Origin: Candidatus Delongbacteria bacterium
Lineage (GTDB): Bacteria > CAIWAD01
Reading direction: 5' to 3'
Length of the DNA: 64,000 nucleotides
Assembly (NCBI GenBank): GCA_963663545.1
Contig: OY760505.1
Span: 1,952,001 to 2,016,000 of the forward strand
A program made the position numbers and the translations under genes. Below are positions 10,108 through 19,481 of this stretch, piece after piece. Under the pieces are notes generated by a model. That model did not search any database. It had not been told where the DNA came from and saw only the letters and a program-made list of their open reading frames with translations. Position 1 is the first letter of the stretch. The number at the start of each line of letters is the position of its first letter.

Positions 10108-12513
10108 ATGCGTCACAGATTTCCGCTTTTGATCGCTTTCCTCTTCTTTATCACTTCACTGCTCGCCGACGATTATATGCAGGCCCCCGAACCCATCAAC
10201 CGGATTCTGGCGGCACCGCGTGCGCCCTGGTTGTGGATGTCGCCGCGAGGTGACTGTGCGTTGGAAGTATCACAGGCTGATGCGCCATCAATTCAGGATA
10301 TCGCTTTCCACAGTATTGATGTAGCGGGATTGCGCATTGATCCACGCAATAATGGACCTGCTGATGCCAGCTATATCGACGCTCTCGAATTGATTGACTT
10401 GACAGACGCATCACGCAGGGGCGTTGCTTTGCCAACCGGCCGCGTTGACGATCTGCGCTGGAATGTCGAGGGAGATCAATTCGCCTTTACGCTGACTACC
10501 GTAGAGGGCATCGAGTTGTGGAGTTGTAATACAGGGGATCTTCGACCCGTTCGTGTTGTGGGGCCACAATTGAATGCGGCTCTTGGTACGCCCTACGACT
10601 GGCTTCCTGGTCGCAAGGGATTTCTTGTCAAGCTGGTACCCGAAGGACGCGGAATGCCGCCACATGAAGCCGCCGTCCAAGGCCCCTTGATCGAGGAAAG
10701 CGCTCAGAAGCAGGCCGCTGGCCGTACGTGGCAGAATCTGCTTGTAACCCAGTACGATGAAGACCTCTTTGTGTATTACGCCACCAGCCAGATGGCATAC
10801 GTCTCACTAAAAGGAAAAATCGAGCGACTGGGCGAACCCGCGATCTTTGACGAAATCACACCCTCGCCAGATGGAAGCCTCTTGCTCGTTCGGGAAATGC
10901 CGCCGCCGTATCCACGCCAGAATCCGCTATGGCAGTTTCCCCTCACCATCGATGTTCGTGACTTAAAAGGAAGCCGTCGCTTTCTATTAGCCGAGTTGCC
11001 GCTGGCCGACACCGTGCCCCTTGCTTTCGGCTCGGTGCGTACAGGACGGCGTGATGCAGAATGGCGCGACGACAAAGCAGCGGAGCTTGTGTGGGTTGAG
11101 GCGCTCGACGGAGGAGACGCCGGAGCTGAGGCGGAGTTCCGTGACGCCGTGTATCACCTAAGCGCCCCTTTCGAAGGCGAGGCGCGTCTGTTGGCAAAGA
11201 CCGGCTACCGCTATTACGGCATTCAGTGGGGCGATGAGAACCACGCACTTCTTTCGGAAGGATGGTACAAAACCAGGCAGCGCAGAGACTGGTTTTTGGA
11301 TCCTGCCAGCGGTGATACACGTCTTCTGCGCGAGCGCAACATGGAGGACGCTTACGCAGATCCCGGCTCGCCCGAAACTCGTCGGAACCAGTACGGGCGC
11401 CATGTCCTGCTTCTCGGTCAAGGCGGTAAGAGTTTGTATTACAGTGGCAGGGGTGCTTCTCCCGAGGGCGTTTACCCTTTCCTGGATCGATACGACTTGG
11501 AAACCGGTGATACAAAGCGACTCTGGCAGTGTGAAGATCCGTATTACACCAGGGTGATGAGTCTGCTGAACGATGATCCGCAACGGCTGCTGATACATCG
11601 TCAGAGCAAACAAGATCCGCCGAACTACTTCATCATGGACATGCGAAGCGGCACAGAGCTGCAACTCACTTTCTACGTGGATCCGGCACCGGAGTTGGAC
11701 GGAATACAGCGCGAGATCGTGCGCTACATGCGCTCCGACAGCCTGGAACTTTCCGGCACGCTTTACACGCCGCCAGGCTACGATAGCGAACGGGATGGAC
11801 CGCTGCCGACCATTCTCTGGGTCTATCCGCAGGAGTTTCGCAGCAAAGAGGCCGCCGGTCAGGTGACAACGGCCGAGAATACCTTCTTTCGTCCTCGCGG
11901 TCTGTCCATCACCTTTCTGTTGACGCAGGGCTATGCCGTGCTTGGAGATCCGGCCATGCCAATCATCGGCGAGGGCGAAGCTGAGCCGAACGACACCTAC
12001 ATCGAGCAGCTTGTAGCCAGTGCTGAGGCGGCGGTTGACTACCTTGTATCACGCGGTGTGTCACAGCCGGGACATCTCGGCATCGGTGGTCACAGTTATG
12101 GTGCTTTTACCACGGCCAATCTGCTGGCGCACACGGATCTCTTTGCCTGCGGCATCGCCCGGAGCGGAGCTTACAATCGCTCGCTTACGCCGTTTGGTTT
12201 TCAGGGTGAAGAGCGCAACTACTGGGAAGCGCAGTCAACCTATCAGAGCATGTCGCCATTCAACTATGCCGATCGGATCAATGAACCCTTGCTGATGATT
12301 CACGGAACCGACGACGATAACAGTGGGACGTTCCCTATTCAGAGCGAGAGGCTGTTTGATGCGATCAAAGGATTGGGCGGAACCGTTCGACTGGTCAAGC
12401 TGCCCTGGGAAGGGCACGCCTACCGCGCTAACGAGTCGGTCACTCATGTTCAGTGGGAGATGGTGAACTGGTGTGACAAGTGGTTGAAGGGCGAGCGTCG
12501 GCCGGAGCTGTAG
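10108..12513 (+). CDS. S9 prolyl oligopeptidase family serine peptidase
   Basis: Signal peptide from ATG 10108; GGHSYGA nucleophile elbow, IHGTDDDN, EGH triad. Confidence 0.9.
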   Translation: MRHRFPLLIAFLFFITSLLADDYMQAPEPINRILAAPRAPWLWMSPRGDCALEVSQADAPSIQDIAFHSIDVAGLRIDPRNNGPADASYIDALELIDLTDASRRGVALPTGRVDDLRWNVEGDQFAFTLTTVEGIELWSCNTGDLRPVRVVGPQLNAALGTPYDWLPGRKGFLVKLVPEGRGMPPHEAAVQGPLIEESAQKQAAGRTWQNLLVTQYDEDLFVYYATSQMAYVSLKGKIERLGEPAIFDEITPSPDGSLLLVREMPPPYPRQNPLWQFPLTIDVRDLKGSRRFLLAELPLADTVPLAFGSVRTGRRDAEWRDDKAAELVWVEALDGGDAGAEAEFRDAVYHLSAPFEGEARLLAKTGYRYYGIQWGDENHALLSEGWYKTRQRRDWFLDPASGDTRLLRERNMEDAYADPGSPETRRNQYGRHVLLLGQGGKSLYYSGRGASPEGVYPFLDRYDLETGDTKRLWQCEDPYYTRVMSLLNDDPQRLLIHRQSKQDPPNYFIMDMRSGTELQLTFYVDPAPELDGIQREIVRYMRSDSLELSGTLYTPPGYDSERDGPLPTILWVYPQEFRSKEAAGQVTTAENTFFRPRGLSITFLLTQGYAVLGDPAMPIIGEGEAEPNDTYIEQLVASAEAAVDYLVSRGVSQPGHLGIGGHSYGAFTTANLLAHTDLFACGIARSGAYNRSLTPFGFQGEERNYWEAQSTYQSMSPFNYADRINEPLLMIHGTDDDNSGTFPIQSERLFDAIKGLGGTVRLVKLPWEGHAYRANESVTHVQWEMVNWCDKWLKGERRPEL

Positions 12514-12535
12514 GCTGAACCTAGGGAGGACGAGT

Positions 12536-14494
12536 ATGAATCACCCGCACAACGGTAGCGCATCCGGCGATGACCCGAGGAAACGCATGCTCTTTGTCGC
12601 AGAGAAGCTCCGCCTGGGCTATCTGGAGATCAACCTTAGCGAGCGTGTGATACACGCATTCTTGTCCCCAATCGGGCTTTCGTCCTTCGCAGACTTCGAG
12701 CGAGCCCGCAGTTTTGAAGATTTTATTTCCCATGTCTTGAATGAAGACCATGCCATCGTGCGCGACGTGTTCGAGTCAATGCTCGCACAGCGCAACGAGC
12801 GCTTTCGTGTTGAGCTTCGCATGAAGGATGACAGCAAGGAAGGGCTGATGGTAAGTGCATCGGGCGTGGTCCTGAATCACGACGCGCAAGGGCGGCCCAT
12901 GCTTGTTGTCGGCATGGTGCAGAGTATTCGTGACCAGCAGCGGCTCCGCAATGATTTGAAAGAGAGCGAGCTGCGCTTCCGGCGCATGTTCGACCAGCTT
13001 CCCATTGGCGCATTTGTCAAGGATCCGCGCGACTGGAGCTTTTCACTTTGGAACGAAAGCATTGCCCGTATCACGGGCTTCTCGGCAAAAGAGGCTCTGG
13101 GACAAACGGACTTTGATCTTTTTCCACACGATGTAGCCACAGCGTTTCGCGACAATGACGAACGCGTTGTGCGCGAAGGTATTACTCAGATTATTCCCTC
13201 AGAGAAGATTGTTGTCTCCGATGGTTGTGAACGAGTGCTGCGTACTACAAAAGTGCCAGTGCTTGACAGCAACGGCCGCGTTGTGCAGTTGCTGGGGTTG
13301 TCCGAGGACATCACAGAGCAGGAACGCATTCTAGCGCAGTTGCAGCAGGCCCAAAAGATGGAGGCTGTCGGACGACTTGCTGGCGGAGTAGCACACGATT
13401 TCAACAATTTGCTGACGGCCATGATCGGCTTCTGCGGGTTGGCCCGGCGCAAAATTGATGACCCTGCCGTGGCCGGCCGTTATCTGGAGCGTGTACACGA
13501 AGTCGGTGAAAAGGCGCAGACCCTTGTTCGGCAGCTACTCACCTTTAGCCGTAGCGAAGACTTTGCTGCTCGCGTCCTTGATCCCAACCGGTTGATCCAG
13601 GATCTGACTCACATGCTTACCCGTTTGCTGGGCGAGCACATCCAACTCGAGTTTCGTCCGCAGCAGAGCGGAGCCCTGATCCAGGCCGACGCCGGTCAGA
13701 TTGAGCAGCTTCTGATGAACCTGTGTATCAATGCTCGTGACGCCATGCCACGCGGTGGACGTATCACGATAGAGACCAATCGCAGCGGATCACCCTCCGG
13801 TGTCGGTGATGGCGATGCTGGCCCGGCAGACTGGATGCTGATCTCCGTGCGTGATACAGGCACGGGAATTTCTGCGGAGGACATGGATCACATTTTCGAG
13901 CCCTTCTACACGACAAAAGATTCGGATAAGGGCACAGGCCTTGGACTGGCTACCGTTTACGCTGTTGTACAGCGCCACGGAGGCATTGTTACGGTCAGCA
14001 GCGAGCTTGGTGCAGGAAGTGAGTTTCAGGTCTATCTGCCCATGGTGGAGGAGCAGGCGGCCGACCGCGTCAGCGTAATGCCGCAAGAAGAATTACCCCG
14101 TGGCGACGGCCTGACGGTACTTCTTGCGGAGGATGACAACAATGTGCGACGCATGGCGCTGGCCATGTTGGAGAGCGTCGGCTACCGTGTCTATAGTGCG
14201 TCTAACGGCAAAGAGGCGATCCAGCAGTACCGCACGCATGCTGATGAAATTGATCTGTTGGTTTTCGATGTAGTAATGCCCGTGTGCAATGGACGCGACG
14301 CCTACGACGCGATTCGCAGCGAGAACGACAAGATTCCTGTGCTGTTTTGCAGCGGCTACAACCAGGACCTGCTGAAGCGCGAGTTCCTGGTTAAAGTACC
14401 CGGCCGCCTTCTGGACAAGCCCTACACCCAGTATTCGCTGTTGACGGCCATGCACGAACTACTGGTCAGCGTAGGAAAAAGCCCGTTGACGTAG
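12536..14494 (+). CDS. PAS-containing hybrid sensor histidine kinase with receiver domain (CckA-like architecture)
   Basis: Two PAS/PAC repeats, H-box AHDFNNLL, NARDAM, DTGTG, GTGLGL; receiver AEDD...DVVMP...KP. Confidence 0.92.
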   Translation: MNHPHNGSASGDDPRKRMLFVAEKLRLGYLEINLSERVIHAFLSPIGLSSFADFERARSFEDFISHVLNEDHAIVRDVFESMLAQRNERFRVELRMKDDSKEGLMVSASGVVLNHDAQGRPMLVVGMVQSIRDQQRLRNDLKESELRFRRMFDQLPIGAFVKDPRDWSFSLWNESIARITGFSAKEALGQTDFDLFPHDVATAFRDNDERVVREGITQIIPSEKIVVSDGCERVLRTTKVPVLDSNGRVVQLLGLSEDITEQERILAQLQQAQKMEAVGRLAGGVAHDFNNLLTAMIGFCGLARRKIDDPAVAGRYLERVHEVGEKAQTLVRQLLTFSRSEDFAARVLDPNRLIQDLTHMLTRLLGEHIQLEFRPQQSGALIQADAGQIEQLLMNLCINARDAMPRGGRITIETNRSGSPSGVGDGDAGPADWMLISVRDTGTGISAEDMDHIFEPFYTTKDSDKGTGLGLATVYAVVQRHGGIVTVSSELGAGSEFQVYLPMVEEQAADRVSVMPQEELPRGDGLTVLLAEDDNNVRRMALAMLESVGYRVYSASNGKEAIQQYRTHADEIDLLVFDVVMPVCNGRDAYDAIRSENDKIPVLFCSGYNQDLLKREFLVKVPGRLLDKPYTQYSLLTAMHELLVSVGKSPLT

Positions 14495-14541
14495 GATGAA
14501 GCAAGGATCGGATTCTCCGCAGCCCGCGGAAGAGATCATCC

Positions 14542-14733
14542 TCATGTAAAGCCAAAAGAGCCACCGCTACAGCTTCCTGCGCGAGTCACAGCCGCGCTAA
14601 AGCTGGATGTATCACGTTTCACATCTGATTCTTCGCAGACGGGGCACGTCTGCTCGTCGTCGCGACGGGAAACAGGTAGCAGTTTCTCAAATGCGTGACC
14701 GCACGAGTTGCAGCGGTAGATATAGAGCGGCAT
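14542..14733 (-). CDS. FmdB-family zinc-ribbon protein
   Basis: MPLYIYRCNSCGHAFE...CPVC; AGAGG RBS. Confidence 0.85.
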   Translation of the reverse strand: MPLYIYRCNSCGHAFEKLLPVSRRDDEQTCPVCEESDVKRDTSSFSAAVTRAGSCSGGSFGFT

Positions 14734-14817
14734 GAGCAACCTCTTTTCTTGAACCGCTCTAAAATGTTTCATGCTAGCAATTGTGTCAAGATCTAATTGT
14801 TGTGACCGCGGAGTTTT

Positions 14818-15564
14818 TCAAGACACGCTATACCCGCCATCCACCGTCAGGATCTCGCCTGTGACAAAGTCATTCTGCAGCAAGTACGCCAGCGCGTGGG
14901 TGACGGATCTTGGGCTGCCCTCCTTCTCGAGCAGCATGCCCTGGCGCGCGTGCTCATAGGCTTCCGGGTCGGCGTCCGGCGGTAGCACAAAACCGGGGGC
15001 GATTCCGCAAACGCGCACATGCGGGGCAAACTGGCGTGCAAGAGCCAACGTGGCCAGACGCAGGCATTCTTTCGATAAACAATATCCGAGGAAGGCTGGC
15101 CAGAGCCGTGTTGCACCGGAGTCGAGCATGTGTATCACGAGACCGCTTCCACTGCGGCGTAGCGCAGGCGCAAGTTGCCGTGTAAGAAACAGGGGTGCCT
15201 TTACGTGCAGAGCCATCAGGCTGTCGAAATCGTCGTCGCTCAGCTGTCCAAGCCGGGTTCGCGGAAACAGCGAAGCGTTGTGGATAACCAGGTCCAGGGC
15301 CTCATCGCGGGAATCCAGCGCTTGTAACAGCTCCTGCCCCATGCGGTCCCGCTGGCCCGGGTCGCACAGGTCGGCCTTGAGCAATTGTATCTCGCTGCCG
15401 TATTCTCTGTGAAGGCGCAACGCCAGTTCCCTGGCCGCCTCAGCAGAGTCATGATAGTGGAGGCAAAGATTCCAGCCCTGGCTGGCAAGATGCGTAGCGA
15501 GTTCGGCACCCACCCTAACGGCGGCTCCCGTTATCAATGCTCGCGGACGTGGAGACGGTGTCAT
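14818..15564 (-). CDS. SDR oxidoreductase, pteridine reductase/FolM-like
   Basis: ITGAAVRVG, HNASLF, YCLSK catalytic YxxxK, VTGEILTVDGG. Confidence 0.85.
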   Translation of the reverse strand: MTPSPRPRALITGAAVRVGAELATHLASQGWNLCLHYHDSAEAARELALRLHREYGSEIQLLKADLCDPGQRDRMGQELLQALDSRDEALDLVIHNASLFPRTRLGQLSDDDFDSLMALHVKAPLFLTRQLAPALRRSGSGLVIHMLDSGATRLWPAFLGYCLSKECLRLATLALARQFAPHVRVCGIAPGFVLPPDADPEAYEHARQGMLLEKEGSPRSVTHALAYLLQNDFVTGEILTVDGGYSVS

Positions 15565-15703
15565 GTGTCACCTGCTGTTGTGCCGACAGCGCGCCTGTGT
15601 CACGCGCGGCTAATGTCATATCCGGGCTCTTCTCGGATCTTCATCGAGCAACTCTTAATTTGAACCGTTTTCGCAAGGGATCCAAGCCAAAACAGGGGCT
15701 TCG

Positions 15704-17224
15704 ATGGACAAGGACCTCGCCTCCATCCAGGAAGTACGGGACCTGCTGCGCAAGGCGCGGGCCGCCGCTGACCAATTCAAGGATTTCACGCAGGACCAGG
15801 TGGACCGCATCGTGTCCGCAATGGCTCAGGCGGCGCAGAACCACGCCAAGCGCCTGGCCCGCATGGCCCACGAGGAAACCGGCTTCGGCATCATTGACGA
15901 CAAGGTGATCAAGAACACCTTCGCCTCGAAGATGGTCCAGGAGCACCTTAAGAGCATTCGCACTTGTGGCGTGATACGTCATAACGAGCAGACACGAGTG
16001 ATGGAGATCGCCGTGCCCATGGGCGTCGTCGCCGCGCTGATTCCTTGCACCAATCCAACCTCCACCGCCATTCACAACTCGCTCATTGCCATCAAGGCGC
16101 GCAACGCGATTGTGCTGAGTCCGCATCCACGAGCACTGGGTTGCATCATGGAGTCGGCACGCATTCTCAACGAGGCGGCTGCCTCCGTTGGCGGGCCTCG
16201 CAATCTGGTGCAGGCCATGAGTTTGCCGACCATGGAAGGCACCCATGAGCTGATGCATAACGAGCTCACCAGTGTGATTCTGGCTACCGGCGGTAGCGCG
16301 ATGGTGCGTGCAGCCTATTCCGCTGGCAAGCCCGCGTACGGCGTCGGTCCGGGCAACGTGCCAGCTTATGTTGATCGCACTGCAGATGTGGCCAAGGCGG
16401 CTGCGGATATTATCGCCGGTAAGTCTTTTGACCACGGCGTCATTTGTGCTTCCGAGCAGGCCGCGCTGGCCGACCGCCCCGTCTCGGGCAAGCTGATGGA
16501 AGAGATGCGTCGCAACGGGGCCTATTTCGCCACCAGCGAGGAGAAGCGTGCACTGGAGCGCGTTATGGTCGGCGCCGACGGCCACGTCAAACCGTCCATC
16601 GTAGGGCAATCGCCGCAGAAGATCGCCGAATTGGCAGGATTCCGCGTGCCCAATGGTACCCGGGCACTGGTCGTGATGCTGGAGAAGGTCGGGCTCGAAG
16701 AGCCTCTTTCTTGCGAAAAGCTGAGCCCTGTGCTGGGCTTCTATGTTGTCGAAGGTTGGAAAGAGGGCTGCAAGAAGGCGATCGCTCTGTTGGAATACGG
16801 CGGCCTGGGCCACAGCTTCTCCATTCACTGCCAGAACCCGGACATTGTGCTGGAGTTCGGTCTGCAGAAGCCAGCCAGTCGCATTCTGGTGAACACTTCC
16901 TCGACCCATGGTGCCATCGGTTATTCTACCGGACTGGCGCCTTCGATGACGTTGGGACCGGGTACGATCGGTGGCTCTTCTACCAGCGACAACGTAGACA
17001 CGCTACATCTGGTGAACATCCGTCGTATCGCCTACGAAACGCTGCCGCTTCGTCCCACAACGTCTAGTGACAAAGCGAAGTACCGCTACAACGACAGCTA
17101 CCATTACCGGCCCGAGGGTGAGGTGGCCGATGCCGCCGAGAAACCTGTCGCTGGCCGTAGCTATGGCAAAAGCGGAATCAACGACAACGACATCGAGCGC
17201 ATCGTTCGCGAGTTTTCCAGGTAG
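15704..17224 (+). CDS. CoA-acylating aldehyde dehydrogenase (EutE/PduP/AdhE-ALDH type) with probable C-terminal encapsulation peptide
   Basis: PCTNPTST, ATGG, GVGPGN, catalytic KSFDHGVICASEQ, EKLSPVL; tail INDNDIERIVREFSR after a linker. Confidence 0.9.
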   Translation: MDKDLASIQEVRDLLRKARAAADQFKDFTQDQVDRIVSAMAQAAQNHAKRLARMAHEETGFGIIDDKVIKNTFASKMVQEHLKSIRTCGVIRHNEQTRVMEIAVPMGVVAALIPCTNPTSTAIHNSLIAIKARNAIVLSPHPRALGCIMESARILNEAAASVGGPRNLVQAMSLPTMEGTHELMHNELTSVILATGGSAMVRAAYSAGKPAYGVGPGNVPAYVDRTADVAKAAADIIAGKSFDHGVICASEQAALADRPVSGKLMEEMRRNGAYFATSEEKRALERVMVGADGHVKPSIVGQSPQKIAELAGFRVPNGTRALVVMLEKVGLEEPLSCEKLSPVLGFYVVEGWKEGCKKAIALLEYGGLGHSFSIHCQNPDIVLEFGLQKPASRILVNTSSTHGAIGYSTGLAPSMTLGPGTIGGSSTSDNVDTLHLVNIRRIAYETLPLRPTTSSDKAKYRYNDSYHYRPEGEVADAAEKPVAGRSYGKSGINDNDIERIVREFSR

Positions 17225-17232
17225 GGGCGCTT

Positions 17233-18006
17233 GTGTCACTAGATCCGCGCATTCAAGTCTTCGGTCCCCGCGTTTTTCTGACCAAACCGCTGTTTCAGCG
17301 CCTGTTTGGTGAGGAACGTTATCTCGAGTTTGAGAGCCCGCTTGGACGCGCAGATGGATTTGTATCACGTCAGCGTATTACCGTCGCTACCGCGTTGGGA
17401 CGCCTGGAGCAAGTGCCCGTCATGGGACCGTTTGGACGCGACGCCTGGGTCGAGTGTCCGCGCAGCCTGGCTGGGGCGCTTGGCGAGGTTCCTCCGGTCC
17501 GCGAAGGGGGCGATATTCAAGGAACACCTGCCGTAACGCTGATTGGACCCCATGGGCACCTTTCCCTGTCGCAGGGATTGATCACGGCAATGCGCAAGAT
17601 CTGTGTGTCACCTGAAAACGCAAGGCGCCTGGGGTTGGTGCAGCAGGACTCTGTGCTGTGCTTGTTGCGTTCTGAGCGACGCATGGAGCAGCGCGAGGCG
17701 GTTCGTGATACAATTCTCGGTGGAGTTGAGGTGTGTGTCACGCCCGACTATGATTTTGAATTGCACCTGGACCAGGATGATGCCGCGGCTGCTGGTGTGC
17801 GTTCCGGCATGATGGCTCAGCTGCTTGGACCGCCCGCCGCTGTTGGCGTACGTGCGCCCGAGTATTTGCAGGTGGGCCGCCTGGTGGGTGAAAAGGATAT
17901 TCGTCGCGCCCGCGAGCAAGGGCTGCGGATCAAAATTACTCCGGGCATGGTCTTGACGCCTTCGGCTCGCGAGCTGGGGCGTGAACTGGATTTGCTCGAT
18001 TTCTAG
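17233..18006 (+). CDS. PduL-like phosphotransacylase homologue lacking the RHxH motifs
   Basis: LFG, VMGP, PVREGGDIQGTPAVTLIGPHG, GLI, ELHLDQDDAAA follow the PduL pattern; extra C-terminal segment with LTPSARE. Confidence 0.75.
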   Translation: MSLDPRIQVFGPRVFLTKPLFQRLFGEERYLEFESPLGRADGFVSRQRITVATALGRLEQVPVMGPFGRDAWVECPRSLAGALGEVPPVREGGDIQGTPAVTLIGPHGHLSLSQGLITAMRKICVSPENARRLGLVQQDSVLCLLRSERRMEQREAVRDTILGGVEVCVTPDYDFELHLDQDDAAAAGVRSGMMAQLLGPPAAVGVRAPEYLQVGRLVGEKDIRRAREQGLRIKITPGMVLTPSARELGRELDLLDF

Positions 18007-18032
18007 AGCCGTGTATCACGGCGGGAGAGGTA

Positions 18033-18590
18033 ATGAGAATTGGAGCCATACTTCTGGCCGCGTGTGTATTGTGCGTGGCTTGTACAGACAGCAGCAAGGC
18101 GGGAAATCAGTCGTTGGAACGCATGGCCTTTGATTCGGCACCGGAAATGCTAGGTGTTGGACAGGTGCTGGGCGACAGCCTGGAGTATCATCCGCCACTT
18201 GGTTGGAATCCGCTGCCGGGCGAGTTGCTGGCGGGTATGCAGGCTTCCATGCCAACGGATCAGGCACTTGTTCAGCAGGTCGTTGCGGCTTTCACCGATT
18301 CAACCATGAGCAGCATGCTCGTGGTTAGCTCGCTTGATCGCGCAGAGGGCATTACCGAGAAGGCGCATCTGCTCCTGGAGGCAGGTCTTCCCGAAAACGC
18401 CCAACGCGCGGAGTTTCTGTTGAGTGATTTCCATTGTCGTCAGTATCTTGTGCAGCAGGCACAGCGAGTCCAGTTCCGCTTGCTTCTGGACGACCACTTG
18501 CTGTTCGACTATCTGGTACCCATGCAAGGGTATGAAACGAATCTGGAGTTTCTGGAGGCCTCAATAGGCTCCATTCATCTTTCTCACTAA
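18033..18590 (+). CDS. Hypothetical lipoprotein
   Basis: GAGAGG RBS, lipobox CVAC. Confidence 0.6.
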   Translation: MRIGAILLAACVLCVACTDSSKAGNQSLERMAFDSAPEMLGVGQVLGDSLEYHPPLGWNPLPGELLAGMQASMPTDQALVQQVVAAFTDSTMSSMLVVSSLDRAEGITEKAHLLLEAGLPENAQRAEFLLSDFHCRQYLVQQAQRVQFRLLLDDHLLFDYLVPMQGYETNLEFLEASIGSIHLSH

Positions 18591-18602
18591 AGGGAGTAAA
18601 AC

Positions 18603-18893
18603 ATGAAGAAAACTGCCCGTATTCTGCTGGCAACTCTGCTGACCGTGATCATGGTTGGTTGCAGCGTTCACACCCACGTTATTGGTGATGGCGCCAAGAC
18701 CGGTGAGACCATCCAGGTTCGCCAGTGGTACGCCCTGTGGGGCCTGGTGCCGCTGAACACCGTTGATACCGCTGCCCTGGCCAACGCTGATGACTATGTC
18801 ATCAAGACCGAGCAGAGTGCCACGGACATCATCCTGAACATCTTCACAGGCTACGTTACGGTTTACAGCCGTACCGTCACCGTGACGAAGTAA
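18603..18893 (+). CDS. Bor/Iss-like small lipoprotein
   Basis: GGGAG RBS, lipobox VGC, QWYALWGLVP, strong GC3 codon bias. Confidence 0.7.
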   Translation: MKKTARILLATLLTVIMVGCSVHTHVIGDGAKTGETIQVRQWYALWGLVPLNTVDTAALANADDYVIKTEQSATDIILNIFTGYVTVYSRTVTVTK

Positions 18894-18904
18894 GTCCGAT
18901 TGCG

Positions 18905-18933
18905 AGGGGCAGAGAATTTCTGCCCCTTTTTTT
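18905..18933 (+). terminator. Intrinsic terminator
   Basis: AGGGGCAGA...TCTGCCCCT stem followed by a T run. Confidence 0.85.
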
Positions 18934-18998
18934 CTTTGAGCCTTGACTCGAAGCTTACAGAAATGCACATTGTGCGTCTTGATTTTTGAGGATGACCA

Positions 18999-19199
18999 AT
19001 GAATGACAAGCTGCCCTTTCGAGCGATCAACTATTGGCTGTTCGGCATCGGCTGTCTGCTTCTGGTCATCGGCTTTGTTCTTTCGGCGGTAGCGCCCTGG
19101 GATGGCGCGCTGTCGCTGACCCTGGCCCCGCTGGCTCTGTGTGCCGCCTATTTGGTGGTGCTGCCTGCGGCGCTGCTGTGGAAAAGTAAGGGCGATTAG
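18999..19199 (+). CDS. DUF3098-like small membrane protein
   Basis: LPFRAINY...IGFVL...SLTLAP pattern, two TM helices, GAGGA RBS; stop lies inside the tRNA-Val gene. Confidence 0.75.
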   Translation: MNDKLPFRAINYWLFGIGCLLLVIGFVLSAVAPWDGALSLTLAPLALCAAYLVVLPAALLWKSKGD

Positions 19200-19264
19200 C
19201 TCAGCTGGTCCAGAGCACCTGTTTTACACGCAGGGGGTCACTGGTTCGAATCCAGTATCGCCCA
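19190..19264 (+). tRNA. tRNA-Val(TAC)
   Basis: Acceptor GGGCGAT/ATCGCCC, anticodon arm CCTGT-TTTACAC-GCAGG, GGTTCGAATCC T-arm; CCA not encoded. Confidence 0.95.
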
Positions 19265-19278
19265 TGGCGACTGGCATA

Positions 19279-19352
19279 GGTCCGGTAGTTCAATTGGTTA
19301 GAGCGCCAGCCTGTCACGCTGGAAGTTGCGAGTTCGAGTCTCGTCCGGACCG
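19279..19352 (+). tRNA. tRNA-Asp(GTC)
   Basis: Acceptor GGTCCGG/CCGGACC, anticodon arm CCAGC-CTGTCAC-GCTGG, GTTCGAGT T-loop; CCA not encoded. Confidence 0.95.
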
Positions 19353-19353
19353 T

Positions 19354-19390
19354 AAAGCCCCGTTCGTTATGAGCGGGGCTTTTTTGTTTT
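19354..19390 (+). terminator. Intrinsic terminator of the tRNA pair
   Basis: AAAGCCCCG...CGGGGCTTT stem plus T tract. Confidence 0.9.
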
Positions 19391-19481
19391 GCGGAACACC
19401 CACGCCTGCGATGTGGTATGTTCGATCCTTTGGCCGCGCCATGAACCAAGCGGAATCGGCCTCCGCACGAAAGGGGACCTT

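Noticed and set aside
19190..19390. tRNA pair as an island integration site
   Set aside because: Followed directly by a terminator and gpmI; I saw no duplicated tRNA 3' end or integrase
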